NCBI GenBank assembly: GCA_046597055.1
Contig: JBKJLC010000098.1
Span: 1 to 47,364 of the forward strand
Length of the DNA stretch: 47,364 nucleotides
Source: Kofleriaceae bacterium
Lineage (GTDB): Bacteria; Myxococcota_A; Polyangia; Haliangiales; Haliangiaceae
Direction of reading: 5' to 3'
Part shown: in pieces, positions 38,801-47,364 of the stretch
Numbering within the stretch: position 1 is the stretch's first letter
Layout of the letters: every line of letters starts with the position of its first letter
Notes under the pieces: model-generated
Told to the model about the DNA's origin: nothing
Databases searched by the model: none
The model's input: the letters and a program-made list of their open reading frames with translations, nothing else
Made by a program: the position numbers and the translations under genes

Positions 38801-39811
38801 GTGCGCGCGCAGGCCGGCGGTGCCGTTGCTGTTGGCGGCGACCATCACGAAGAACGCGGCGTCGGCGTCGTACTGGCGCTTCAGCTTCGCGGTGTACTCG
38901 AGCGACCCGCTCCACACGTCCTGCTCGAGGACCTCGTGGCCGAGGATGCGGGTGAGCAGGTCCGCGATGGCGCCGGGCTCGGTCGCCGACGCCCACTGGG
39001 CGCGCTGGCCGAACTCGAGGCCGGTGTCGACCGTGCCGGGCAGGCCACCTGCCGCCGGCGCCGACTCGTAGTGGAGGATGAAGCGGAGGTCGGCGTTGGG
39101 CTCGGCGGCGGCGATCTTGTCGAGCGCGGCCTGGACCTTGAGGTAGGTCTCGCGGACGAGGTCCTCGTTCCAGTCCTCGGTCGACGGATCGATCGTGCCG
39201 TTGGACTCGGGCAGCACCACCGAGACCACGACCGTGCCGGACGCGAACGGCACCGACATCAGGTCTTCGGGATCGATCTCGGCCGCGAGCGCGGCCTCGC
39301 GGGCGGCCTGCGGCATCGCCTGGGGCGGCCCCTCCATCGCGCCGGGCGGGCGACGCACGAACCTGGGCGCGAGGCGCTCGCGGGGTGGGACTTCGCTCGG
39401 GTACCAGCGAGCCGCGTGCACCGCGAGGAAGCGCTCCTCGGGCAGGGTCGCGGCCGCGAGGTCGGCGGCGGTGACCGCACGGTCGAGCTGGCCGACCACG
39501 CCGAGCGCGGCGAGGGCGGCCTCGGCCCCGGTCGGGACCTGGGCGATGACGAGCCGGGGCGGCAGGGTCTCGAGCACGCTGCCGCCGAGGCGGACCAGGG
39601 TCTGCTCGAGACGACGGCGCTGGGCCGAGGTCGCCCCGGGTGAAAGCACGAGCAGGCTCGCCGGCCGCTCGGCGAGCCCGATGACGTCGAGCTCGGACGT
39701 CGTCGAGGAAGTGGGCGTGGCAGCGGAGCCGCCGTCGTCGGACCCGCAGGATGCGGTTCCGGCGACGACGATCGCGAGGCAGAGGCGGTGGGAGCGGCTG
39801 AGGAGAGTCAT
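35891..39811 (-). CDS. Large lipoprotein zinc metalloprotease with Ig/PKD-like, LVIVD-like and proprotein convertase P domains
   Basis: GTASC lipobox; HEFGHIFGAFDEY plus SLM Met-turn; YDLDGNGSWDT and WDADGSFDT; GLWVVDITDRAAP; VTVEHPRPADLKIQL...GGWRVEIIDD..G..GQL. Confidence 0.85.
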   Translation of the reverse strand: MTLLSRSHRLCLAIVVAGTASCGSDDGGSAATPTSSTTSELDVIGLAERPASLLVLSPGATSAQRRRLEQTLVRLGGSVLETLPPRLVIAQVPTGAEAALAALGVVGQLDRAVTAADLAAATLPEERFLAVHAARWYPSEVPPRERLAPRFVRRPPGAMEGPPQAMPQAAREAALAAEIDPEDLMSVPFASGTVVVSVVLPESNGTIDPSTEDWNEDLVRETYLKVQAALDKIAAAEPNADLRFILHYESAPAAGGLPGTVDTGLEFGQRAQWASATEPGAIADLLTRILGHEVLEQDVWSGSLEYTAKLKRQYDADAAFFVMVAANSNGTAGLRAHANFNGPWTVLETYNHTDTFMHEFGHIFGAFDEYCPDACTPPTLLGGYLGMINANAFSNESGGGIDKGRGESVSSLMEANNPDAINGYTRGAWGWLDTDGDGIIEVRDTLPRSELIAAVTGQRVRLTGQIVDRGDSRQFWGTRLSANRIVALEYGFAATGPWFRVGLPGTTRGRQAVDLELTGVRAGTRPLFVRGLNSVGNVEARPLALTVTTTGATNTAPHLRLDTPARAGTAAPVTVTTTALDLDGDAVQVRYDLDGNGSWDTGYRAPGAYPFTPAAGVVTVRAQARDARGATRITTAELPVVRGDAAPFLALTDVPSLIHGVATGEVALTATATDPEGQTIPLNVITELLTTDAPYRQKGPISADGRLTVALPTPASLRTRLLDLTAGDPTLWNGWIRDLVALDANHLVVAAGPRGLWVVDITDRAAPRVRSQLALETTANRLYRAGNRLYVLGTYLTVVDLSDLDAPRELKQVLTATAQPAAEVTEPVAVPDGSAAPQSHDLYFNHGAKVTATRVTVTVEHPRPADLKIQLVAAKDLRLAPVVLWDHGAGPGGLRTWTFTAATTPALRTLVGVFPEGGWRVEIIDDQANGQAGQLVASRVQFDTSARAARVLDGAVEIAGVTSSGHLAIAGHGIEVLNVAVPQLIRSLSRLTGTGTQHATLVGNTMVITSHLQTKDPVPPRLRGLCAINVDNGRAPQVVRCDTALGGETFEHAQVGSRLYVQLFPTCETEGCNPDPITIVGDAARFARNLSWKLGTSALRLDRAAVGDDQKVWTIGSGHVQELDVSNPAQLAVLRDYPRSTTNRLVPLRLPEVVMFDFSNIAKIATLGEAEHILSRIYRITVEARDPAGTVTRASRTVHVIPYDHAPDAVRATIIPGWAAGGPALLKIEVTDPDRGQPWDPSVMARVDWDADGSFDTDWNWLGQDGAGGYSTIIDMNMPAGTYHPVVEARDGFWGRLRVTPTLVIP

Positions 39812-40221
39812 GTGGCGAGGCGCTTCTAGCAACCCGCTTGCGGCGGGTGAAGGCGCCGTTTGTCACGATCTCGGCTGGCTACTGGAGTCGCCGCCGCCGG
39901 GGTGCGCTTGTTGTGCAGGTGCGACCCTGCGACCCTTGTCGGCGCGCACACCGAATGGGCACCCAAGCGACCGGCGCTTGGTGCCACGTGGGACGAGGTC
40001 GGTGCCCGTCTGGCCAGTGCGGTGGCCGTGCGGTGAAGCGTCGCAGCGATCGCGCACTTGCATTCCCGACGGGGCAGGGCGCGAGCATTGGTCATTCATT
40101 CGTGGGCCCGAACTTGCCTACGTGTGGGTTATTACAAAGAAAAGTTTCTCGTTACATCTTGACGATACCTGCTACGCGGTCGACCCTGAACGGCAGAACT
40201 CAACTGGAGGGAGATAGAGAT

Positions 40222-40554
40222 ATGCAGCGCAGGTCCGTGGCCATGGTCGTCGTCCTCAGCCTCATCACGTTCGGCATCTACGCGATCGTGTGGATGGTGA
40301 AAACCAAGAACGAGATGAACAACCAGGGGGCAAACATCCCCACCGCGTGGCTCATGATCGTTCCGGTGGTGAGCATTTACTGGATGTGGAAGTACTCGGC
40401 TGGCGTGGAGCACGTGACCCGTGGCAAGCAGTCCCAGGTCATCGCGTTCATCCTGATGTTCGTGCTCGGCGTGATCGGCATGGCGATCATCCAGGACGCG
40501 TTCAACAAGGTGGCCGACCAGGGCCAGCTCCCCAACGCGCGCGCGATGGGCTGA
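40222..40554 (+). CDS. DUF4234 family small membrane protein
   Basis: GGAGG RBS; LSLITFGIYAIVW...EMN; IYWMWK; IIQDAFNK. Confidence 0.85.
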   Translation: MQRRSVAMVVVLSLITFGIYAIVWMVKTKNEMNNQGANIPTAWLMIVPVVSIYWMWKYSAGVEHVTRGKQSQVIAFILMFVLGVIGMAIIQDAFNKVADQGQLPNARAMG

Positions 40555-40587
40555 AGCCCGACCGCGCAGCGGTTCGCTGCGACGATG

Positions 40588-40623
40588 AACGGGTGGCCGG
40601 GGGGCCGCCCGTTTTTTCGTTTC
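40588..40623 (+). terminator. Rho-independent terminator
   Basis: AACGGGTGGCC-GGGG-GGCCGCCCGTT stem-loop followed by a T run, downstream of the DUF4234 gene. Confidence 0.8.
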
Positions 40624-40652
40624 GGGTCGGGTTTCCGCCGGCCGGGCCGCGA

Positions 40653-41933
40653 TCAGGTCTCGGCGACCGCGATCGCGGTGACCGGAGCCGGCACCGGGGA
40701 CGGGCGGGCCCGGACATGGCGCTCGATGCGCCACAGCAGGACCGGGAGGGCGGCCCCGCAGCCGACCGACAGGAACACCAGCACGTCCATGTGCAGGAGT
40801 CGGCCGCCGGGCCCGGTGGCGAGGATCTGCGACGCGCCGATCGCGCCGACCGACGACGCCAGGTGCTGGACCGCGGACTGGAGCGACATGTACTGGGCGC
40901 GCTCGTGGGGCGCGGGTAGGCGGGAGGTCAGGGTCGACACCGGGAGCCCGCGCAGAGACGCCGTACACATGAAGGTGGTGAACACCACCACCACCGGCAC
41001 GATCGGCTGATCGGGCAGGAACCCGACCACCAGGCACAGCGACACCAGCACGGTGCCCAGGATCGCCACCGGGGTCGCGCCGAACCGGTCGACCGCGACA
41101 CCGCTCGCCCGCACCACCCCGAAGCTGGCGATGCCGCCCGCCAGGTACAGGTACTTGATCGACGTCGACGGGAAGCCGTGGTTGTTCTCGAGGAACGTGC
41201 GCACGTACGGCACGACCATGAAGATCGAGATCGTCATCGCCGCGACGGCGGCGAGCGCCATCAGGATCTCGGGGCGGCGCAGGAATGCGGTCAGCCGGGT
41301 CCGCGGGCTGCGCGGGCCCTCGAGGTGGAGGCGCAACGGCGGCAGCGCGCCGGCCGCGTACACGGTGACCCCGAGCCCGAGCACCGCCAGCGCGAAGAAC
41401 GGCGTGCGCCACGAGCCGGCCTCGGCGGCGGCGATGCCGGCCGGGATCCCGATCACGGAGGCGACCGAGAACGCGGCCATCACGACGCCCATGGCGCGAC
41501 CGCGGCGCTCGCCGGGCACCACGTCGGCGACGATCGCCATCGACAGCGAGGTCGCCGGGCCGCCGAACGCGCCGGCGACGATCCGGGCCGCCATCATCGA
41601 GTCGAGGCCCTGGGCCAGGCCGCCGGCGGCGGTGGCCACCACCAGGCCGAGCATCGCGACCGTCAGCGCCCGCCGGCGGTCGAACCGGTCGAGGAAGCGC
41701 GAGCTGATGAGGCCGGACACCGCGGCGGCCAGCGTGTAGCTGCCGCCGACCAGGCCGAGCCGGGCCTCGGGGATGTCGAGCGCGTCGGCGAACATCTGGC
41801 CGAGCGGCATCACCATCACGAAGTCGAGGACGTTGACGAGCTGGACCAGCGCGACCAGCAGGACCACCCGGCGCTCGAGCGGGCTCGGCAGCGCGGCGGG
41901 TGGTGACGACAACGACGGCGACCGCGACGACAA
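40653..41933 (-). CDS. MFS transporter
   Basis: NVLDFVMVMPLG; LDRFDRRR; ARIVAGAFGG; ERRGRAMG; about 12 TM segments. The exact start is uncertain. Confidence 0.9.
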   Translation of the reverse strand: MSSRSPSLSSPPAALPSPLERRVVLLVALVQLVNVLDFVMVMPLGQMFADALDIPEARLGLVGGSYTLAAAVSGLISSRFLDRFDRRRALTVAMLGLVVATAAGGLAQGLDSMMAARIVAGAFGGPATSLSMAIVADVVPGERRGRAMGVVMAAFSVASVIGIPAGIAAAEAGSWRTPFFALAVLGLGVTVYAAGALPPLRLHLEGPRSPRTRLTAFLRRPEILMALAAVAAMTISIFMVVPYVRTFLENNHGFPSTSIKYLYLAGGIASFGVVRASGVAVDRFGATPVAILGTVLVSLCLVVGFLPDQPIVPVVVVFTTFMCTASLRGLPVSTLTSRLPAPHERAQYMSLQSAVQHLASSVGAIGASQILATGPGGRLLHMDVLVFLSVGCGAALPVLLWRIERHVRARPSPVPAPVTAIAVAET

Positions 41934-42095
41934 GCCCCCATGCTGGCCGAGGTCGCCGGCGCCGCCTAGCCCCTCCGCACAGACGGTGCGTTGCGCCAGC
42001 GCGATCGATCGGGCGGTCCCCGGTCCCTCGGCCGGGGGCTCGTGACCCCGCCACGGCGTCGAGGTGCCCCAGGCGCGAGGCGCGGGGGCGAAGGG

Positions 42096-42326
42096 CTACT
42101 GCCTGTTGCGGACGAGGCGCGCGGTGATCGACTCGACATCGGCATCGGTGGGCGGCGGCAGCGGGTGGAACGTGACCGTGCCGTCGGGATGGTGCTGCCA
42201 CACGCCGTCGGGGATCAGGGTGTGGAAGTGGACGTTGGCGTTGAGGAACGAGCCGAAGCGTTGCACCGCGGTCACCGCGCCGGCGTGGCCGCCCGGGACG
42301 CCGAGGTCCCGCGCGCGGCGACGGTG
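42096..42326 (-). mobile_element. IS91-family (Y2/HUH) transposase fragment
   Basis: GAVTAVQRFGSFLNANVHFHTLIPDGV..F.PLPPPT, truncated on both sides. Confidence 0.8.
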
Positions 42327-42329
42327 GCA

Positions 42330-42827
42330 GGGCATCACGCGCTACCGCGTGCGCCGCGCCGACGGCGAGTTGGTCAAGCACGGCATCATCGCTCTGCGCG
42401 GCGACACCGGCGCCGCGCCCATCGTCAAGACCCCGTCGCACAACGCGATCGATCTCGATGGTCGCAAGTTTACGATCGGTGGCTCGATCGATCTCCCGGC
42501 CGGCGCGGTTCCCGACGGGGGCTACCCGGTGTGGATGACAGCGGCAGCAAGAGCTCGCCCCGAACCACCCTGCACGTCGCGCTCGACAACGCCGCGCCGG
42601 CCGCGCAGATCACGTCGCCGCCACCACGGGCGGCGTGGAGCGACAACATCGACGTCGCCGGAGCGACCGTCGAAGGCTGGACCGTCGCGAACGACGACGT
42701 GGACATCGCCAGGGACACCGCCGGCCGCTTCCACAGTGACGTCGACGTCGGCGGCAAGGATACGTTCGCGATCCGACTCGCGCACCCGCAGCGCGGCGGC
42801 CACTACTACGTGCGGCGCCGCAAGTGA
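42330..42827 (+). pseudogene. 5'-truncated, frameshifted remnant of a beta-rich protein (resembles the C-terminus of myxobacterial FecR-like proteins)
   Basis: DTGAAPIVKTPSHNAIDLDGRKFTI in one frame and TTLHVALDNAAPAAQITSP...LAHPQRGGHYYVRR in another; no start; abuts the IS91 fragment. Confidence 0.4.
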
Positions 42828-42854
42828 CGCGCGGGAAGTTCAGCGGCTGCCCTG

Positions 42855-43481
42855 TCAGCTCTCGAGATCAGTCAGATGGTGGCGTATCGCGTACTTGACC
42901 AGTCCGGCCACGCTGCGAATGCCGAGCTTGTCCATGATCGCGGCGCGATGGCCCTCGACGGTCTTGGCAGCGAGGCCGAGGGACCCGGCGATCTGCTTGC
43001 TCGAGAGGCCCTCGCTGAGCAGCCGCAGGACGTCCTGCTCGCGCGGCGTGAGATGGACCGCCGGGTCCGGCGACGCCGGCTTGACCATCGACGCGCCGAT
43101 TTGCGGGCTGATGTAGCTCTCGCCGCGCGCGGTGGCGCGGATCGCCAGGACGAGGTCGTGGACGGCATCCTCCTTGAGGATGTAGCCGACCGCGCCCGCG
43201 CTCATCGCCGCTTCGACCAGAGATGCATCGTTGTGCATCGAGAGGACCAGAACCGAGGTGTGGGAATCCTCATCGTTCAGCTGGCGCGCGATCTCGATGC
43301 CGCTCAGCGCGGGCATCTGGACGTCGAGCACTGCAACGTCGGGTCGGAGCGCGCGGATGGCCGCGAGCGCGCGCGCGCCGTCCACCTCTTCCCCGACGAT
43401 CTCGATGTCCGATTCCGCGGCCAGGAGCGTGCGCAGGCCCGTACGGATGAGGGCATGATCGTCGGCGAGAAAGATGCGCAT
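42855..43481 (-). CDS. NarL/LuxR family DNA-binding response regulator
   Basis: IFLADDH; VLDVQMP; LSMH; GYILK; LTPREQDVL...KTVEGHRAAIMDKL. Confidence 0.95.
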   Translation of the reverse strand: MRIFLADDHALIRTGLRTLLAAESDIEIVGEEVDGARALAAIRALRPDVAVLDVQMPALSGIEIARQLNDEDSHTSVLVLSMHNDASLVEAAMSAGAVGYILKEDAVHDLVLAIRATARGESYISPQIGASMVKPASPDPAVHLTPREQDVLRLLSEGLSSKQIAGSLGLAAKTVEGHRAAIMDKLGIRSVAGLVKYAIRHHLTDLES

Positions 43482-43493
43482 CGGAAGTACGCT

Positions 43494-43509
43494 AGCAGGA
43501 GCCGGTCCA
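43494..43509 (-). promoter_or_regulatory. Putative sigma54 promoter of the response regulator
   Basis: TGGACCG-GCTC-CTGCT, GG-N10-GC, with the ATG 13 nt after the GC. Confidence 0.5.
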
Positions 43510-43565
43510 TCGCGCGGGCGAACTGCCGCGGCAAGCCCCGTGACGCGAACGTGGCGCCGTGACGC

Positions 43566-46445
43566 GTGACGGGTGACGCGATGCCGACCGCTCCAGAGCT
43601 CCACGAGCACGCCTTCCGCGCCGCGACCGACGCGCTCTTGCCGTACCGTGTTCGCGTCGCGGCGCTGACCTGTCTGGCGGCGAACGGCGCCTTCGCCGCG
43701 GTCGACGCCCTCTCGCTCCCGGCCGAGGACATCCCCTTTCGCACCGCGGTTCGCCTGGGCTTCACGCCGTTGTACTTTGCCGGGATGCTGCTCGCCGCGC
43801 GCCGGCCCGGGCAGCGCTTTCCCCAGGCGCTCGTGCTCATGCTCGGAGCGGTGCAGGCGCTCGAGCTGGGCCTGCTGGGAACGCAGCTCCCCGTCTCCGA
43901 TGGCGCCGGGGTCGGCGTCTTCCCCGCCTTGAGCTGGACGGCGGCCCTGCTGTTCTTCGCCGCGTTCCTCCCGCTGCCGCTGTGGCGGACCGGGATTCTC
44001 TCGTCGTTCTTCGTCATCGCCTTCGCGGCCCTGCACCTGTGGCTCGGACAGTCGTCGGTCGGCGCGGTGCTCAAGCACGCGGGTAACATCGCGGTGGCCG
44101 GGGCCGCCGCGATGGTCGCCGCCCTGATGGTGGAGAAGCTCCGGCGCAGCGAGTTCTTCACCGGGCGACGGCTCGCGGCCGCCAACCTGCGGATGGAAGA
44201 GCTGGTCCGCGCCAAGGACCAATTCTTCACCGACGTCTCCCACGAGCTGCGCACGCCGCTGACCGCCGCCCTCCTCGCGATCCAGGCGGACGGCGAACCA
44301 CGCCCGCGGCCGCACGCCGCCCTTCGGCCGCTGCGCCGGCTGCAGAAGCTCGTGGACGAGATGCTCGAGCTGAGCCGCGTCGACGCGGGATTTGCCCGGG
44401 CGAGTGGGGAGGTGATCGACCTGGTCGCCGCGGTGCGCCGCATCGTCGAGGAGTTCGCGAGCAGCTTTGCCGCCAAGGGCCTCGAGTTGCGCCTCGATGT
44501 GCTCGAAGAAATCGCCTTCGTGCGAGTCGGCGCGGACGCGTTCGAGAAGATCGCCGTGAACCTCCTCGGCAATGCGCTCAAGTACACGTCGCCGGGCGGG
44601 ACGGTGCTGGTGCACGCGCTGAACCGGGCGGGCACCGTCGCACTCGAGGTGCAGGACGACGGCCCCGGTATCGCCGCCGCCGACATCCCGCGCATCTTCG
44701 ATCGCTTCATCCGTGTCGGGCGGCCCGGCGCGGCACCCGGAAGCGGCATCGGGCTCGCCCTGGCGAAGGAGTTGACCGAGCTGCACGGTGGCCGCCTCGT
44801 GTGCGAGAGCGAGGAAGGTCGGGGGAGCACGTTTCGCGCCAGCTGGCCCGCAGCGGAGCCGGCGGCCGGCCCGCCGGCGGAGCCGCCGCCCGGGCTGGTG
44901 CTCGGCGCCATCGCCAGCGCGCTCGACGGAGACCTGGCCTCGACCAGCGCCCCACGCGAGGGGCCGACCGATGGGCCGCTCGTGCTCGTGATCGAGGACC
45001 ACCGGGATCTCGCGGCGCGGATCGCGGCCTCGCTCGGCCCGAGCGTGCGAACCCGGCTCGTGCACGACGGGACGGAGGGCCTCCTGCTCGCCTGCAGCAT
45101 CGTCCCGGATCTCATCATCTGCGACGAGCTTCTCCCGGGCCTGGGTGGACACGAGCTCGTGCGTCGGCTGCGCGAGGACCCGGCGATGCGGCTCACGCCC
45201 GTCCTGATGCTGAGCGCGCTCGCCGAGCGCGAGTACGTGCTCACGGCGCTCGCGGCCGGTGCCGACGACGCCATGGCCAAGCCGTTCGATGCCGCCATGC
45301 TGCGCGCGCGCGTCGATGCGCTCTTGCGGCTGCGGAGACGGCGCGAGAATCCGGACCAGTCCGCGCACTTGCTGAAGCCCCTCTTCCGCGGCTTTGCCCT
45401 GGCGCTCGGCTACGATTCCGTCCTGCTCCTCGTGGGCGAGGCCGATGGCAGGTTCCGGAACGCGGCATGGGGAGGCGCGCTCGCGCCGCCAGAGGACGGC
45501 TGGGAGCGGGCGGATGCCCCGTGGGCCGCGACGTCCGCGGCCCGAGCGCTCGTCTCGGCGCGCGTGCCCTGCGGCCCGGTCCCCGCCGCGGTCGTCGGCC
45601 TGGGCACCGCGGTGGCGGCGCCGATCGTGCGGGGCGGGCGGTCGGCCCTTCTGGTCGGGATCGCGCGCGCCGCGCGGACCGTCACGCCGCTGGAGGTGGA
45701 CAGCCTCGCGGCGGCGTCGCTCGGAGTCGCCGGATTGCTCGATCGCGAGCGCACCGTGAGCGCGCTCGCGCAGAGCGCGGACGAGCAGCATCGGCTGTCC
45801 ATCGCGACCCTGAGCGCGCAGGACTCCGAGCGGCGCCGCCTGGCCGTCGAGCTGCACGACGGGACGGGGCAGGTCCTCACCGCTGCCCTGATCCACCTCG
45901 ACCTCGCGCGGCGGGCGCGAGCCTCCGACGATGGCTTCGCCACCGCCGCCTCGCTGGTGCGGCAAGCCCTCGCCGAGCTGCGCGCTCTCGCCCGCGATCT
46001 GCACCCGCCGATGCTCTCGCAGCAGGGTCTGCACGAGGCGCTGCGCTCGCTCGCTGCCTCCCTGTCGAGCCCGGCGATGACGGTGGAAGCCGAGATCGCG
46101 GCCGACACGCCGACGGAGCTGGGTGCCCGGACCTCGCTCGCGCTGTTTCGCATCGCGCAGGCCGCGCTCGCCAACGTCGCCGCCCATTCAGGGGCACGGC
46201 GAGCGGTAGTGCGGCTGCGGGCGGAAGCCGGTGCGGTCCTGCTCGAGGTGGAGGATGACGGGCTCGGCTTCGTGCCCAACCCGAGCCTGTACGGCGTCGG
46301 GCTGCACGGAATGCGCGAACGCGCGACCAGCCTGGCGGGCTCGATGTCGATCGAGAGTCAGCTCGGCCGAGGCACCCTCGTGCGCGCGACCGCGCCGCTC
46401 GAGCCGGTCGACCCAGTGCCTCTCGTGCGCGCGCCGCTACCCTAG
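43566..46445 (+). CDS. Membrane hybrid sensor kinase with two kinase cores (HisKA-HATPase-REC-GAF-like-HisKA_3-HATPase)
   Basis: SHELRTPL, NLLGNALKY, DDGPGI, GSGIGL; VIEDH, IICD, KPF; ERRRLAVELHDGTGQ, ALANVAAHS, EDDGLGF, GLHGMRER. Start at 43566 or 43581. Confidence 0.92.
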   Translation: MTGDAMPTAPELHEHAFRAATDALLPYRVRVAALTCLAANGAFAAVDALSLPAEDIPFRTAVRLGFTPLYFAGMLLAARRPGQRFPQALVLMLGAVQALELGLLGTQLPVSDGAGVGVFPALSWTAALLFFAAFLPLPLWRTGILSSFFVIAFAALHLWLGQSSVGAVLKHAGNIAVAGAAAMVAALMVEKLRRSEFFTGRRLAAANLRMEELVRAKDQFFTDVSHELRTPLTAALLAIQADGEPRPRPHAALRPLRRLQKLVDEMLELSRVDAGFARASGEVIDLVAAVRRIVEEFASSFAAKGLELRLDVLEEIAFVRVGADAFEKIAVNLLGNALKYTSPGGTVLVHALNRAGTVALEVQDDGPGIAAADIPRIFDRFIRVGRPGAAPGSGIGLALAKELTELHGGRLVCESEEGRGSTFRASWPAAEPAAGPPAEPPPGLVLGAIASALDGDLASTSAPREGPTDGPLVLVIEDHRDLAARIAASLGPSVRTRLVHDGTEGLLLACSIVPDLIICDELLPGLGGHELVRRLREDPAMRLTPVLMLSALAEREYVLTALAAGADDAMAKPFDAAMLRARVDALLRLRRRRENPDQSAHLLKPLFRGFALALGYDSVLLLVGEADGRFRNAAWGGALAPPEDGWERADAPWAATSAARALVSARVPCGPVPAAVVGLGTAVAAPIVRGGRSALLVGIARAARTVTPLEVDSLAAASLGVAGLLDRERTVSALAQSADEQHRLSIATLSAQDSERRRLAVELHDGTGQVLTAALIHLDLARRARASDDGFATAASLVRQALAELRALARDLHPPMLSQQGLHEALRSLAASLSSPAMTVEAEIAADTPTELGARTSLALFRIAQAALANVAAHSGARRAVVRLRAEAGAVLLEVEDDGLGFVPNPSLYGVGLHGMRERATSLAGSMSIESQLGRGTLVRATAPLEPVDPVPLVRAPLP

Positions 46446-46448
46446 CTA

Positions 46449-47364
46449 CAGCTTGCCCGGTAATTCAGGCCGCTGAAACTGGCCGCCGCCCTGGCCAGTC
46501 TCGCGTCAGCGTCCTGGTGCCGCTGTGCCCTCGATGCTGGCGCCGGCCCCGGCGGGGCCGGCCTCGCTCTACCCGAGCAGCACCATCTCCTTCCGCTCCG
46601 CCAACCCGCGCACCATCTTGTTGAGGTTGAACCCCAGCACTGCGCGCTGACCGCACATACCCATAGTGTCCGCCGACTTCGCGGCGGGTCGGTTGAAGCC
46701 GTACTTTCCGCTCTTTATCGTCCCGATTCCTCCTTCGACTAGTGCCCGCTCCGCAACCAGCTTCTCCTTCACCTTCCCCGACACCGCCCAGGCGGCCTTG
46801 CCTTGGGGGGCCAAGCCCACATCGCGGACGCCAAGCTTCTTGAGCGTCTCGACGTTCTCTTGGCTCCAGCCACCGCGGTCGTAGGCGTATGCCTTCGGTG
46901 GTTTCCCGAACAGCGTCACGTGATTCGTCACCGCGCGCACGGCGAACCTCGAGTCGTGGACGTCGTTCTTGTTCTTCGCCACCGTCGCCAGGAGGAACCC
47001 GCCACGGAGTCTCGTGATCCCCCAGCTCAGGCCGAACTCCACCGTCTTGCCGACTTTGCCGCGGACGATCGAGTACAGCTCCGGCACCTGAAGGCTGATG
47101 ATCTTGTTTGCCGCCACGTACCCGGTCCTCAGCCAGTACCGGATCTGGGGCAGCAGCTTGGCCATCGTCTGATGGACGTGTTGGATCTTTGTCCACGCAA
47201 GCTTGCGGTGCTTCCGCAGCCTGTCCCTCGCGGCTCCCGCGTGGTGAAGCGCTGGCGCCAGCTGCTTCTGCACCGCCTCCACGACCGTCGCCATCTGCGC
47301 GACCATCCGATCCTTGGCGGCCTTGCTCTTGTCCTTGGCGAACAGCCGGTACTCCCGGACCTTG
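46449..47364 (-). mobile_element. IS5-family insertion sequence (partial)
   Basis: Transposase ORF plus about 120 bp downstream. Candidate end CAGCTTGCCCGGTAA lies just after the kinase stop; the other end is not in the window. Confidence 0.65.
46569..47363 (-). CDS. IS5-family DDE transposase, 5' end beyond the window
   Basis: KIISL...IVRGK.GKTVEFG; AYDRG; ERALVEGGIGTIK; frame open to the window edge. Confidence 0.85.
   Translation of the reverse strand, partial: KVREYRLFAKDKSKAAKDRMVAQMATVVEAVQKQLAPALHHAGAARDRLRKHRKLAWTKIQHVHQTMAKLLPQIRYWLRTGYVAANKIISLQVPELYSIVRGKVGKTVEFGLSWGITRLRGGFLLATVAKNKNDVHDSRFAVRAVTNHVTLFGKPPKAYAYDRGGWSQENVETLKKLGVRDVGLAPQGKAAWAVSGKVKEKLVAERALVEGGIGTIKSGKYGFNRPAAKSADTMGMCGQRAVLGFNLNKMVRGLAERKEMVLLG

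Noticed and set aside
35960..39643. 1227-aa plus-strand ORF
   Set aside because: Antisense shadow of the metalloprotease gene in high-GC DNA, with no recognisable motifs.
39828..39843. sigma54 promoter for the metalloprotease gene
   Set aside because: TTGCT is present, but the -24 position reads CG rather than GG.
42855..46187. 1110-aa minus-strand ORF
   Set aside because: Only the last 208 aa (from 43481) are the response regulator; the rest is antisense shadow of the kinase.

Overview
High-GC window that looks myxobacterial (Haliangiales/Kofleriaceae-like; the taxon is inferred from gene content). It holds about 33 protein-coding genes plus remnants and no rRNA, tRNA or CRISPR. From left to right: a degenerate ~87-bp tandem repeat; a three-gene monoheme cytochrome operon built round a Cyc2-like cytochrome-porin fusion; a DUF1592/DUF1552 pair with a CBM60-like insert; a TonB-dependent receptor; an SDR facing away from a COG2907-DUF1365-cfa-DUF1295-methyltransferase lipid-modification cluster (furan fatty acid-like); an ECF sigma coupled to a Ser/Thr kinase-hydrolase fusion; an esterase; a tandem DUF4388 gene; a frameshifted Calx-beta-like fragment between two copies of a sigma54 promoter; a second DUF1592/DUF1552 pair with cytochrome c and CBM48-like inserts; a strongly rewired DNA polymerase I paralog; eutB-eutC-eutL; an alkaline phosphatase fusion; TauE; a 1.3-kaa zinc metalloprotease lipoprotein; DUF4234; an MFS transporter; an IS91 remnant; a NarL-type regulator with a double-kinase sensor; and a partial IS5. 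The strongest candidate for something new is the PolA paralog. It keeps the catalytic Asp and triphosphate-binding residues but has a Glu-to-Gly steric gate, has lost its template/minor-groove residues, and has eroded nuclease domains. All family assignments come from motifs read by eye; no database searches were run.
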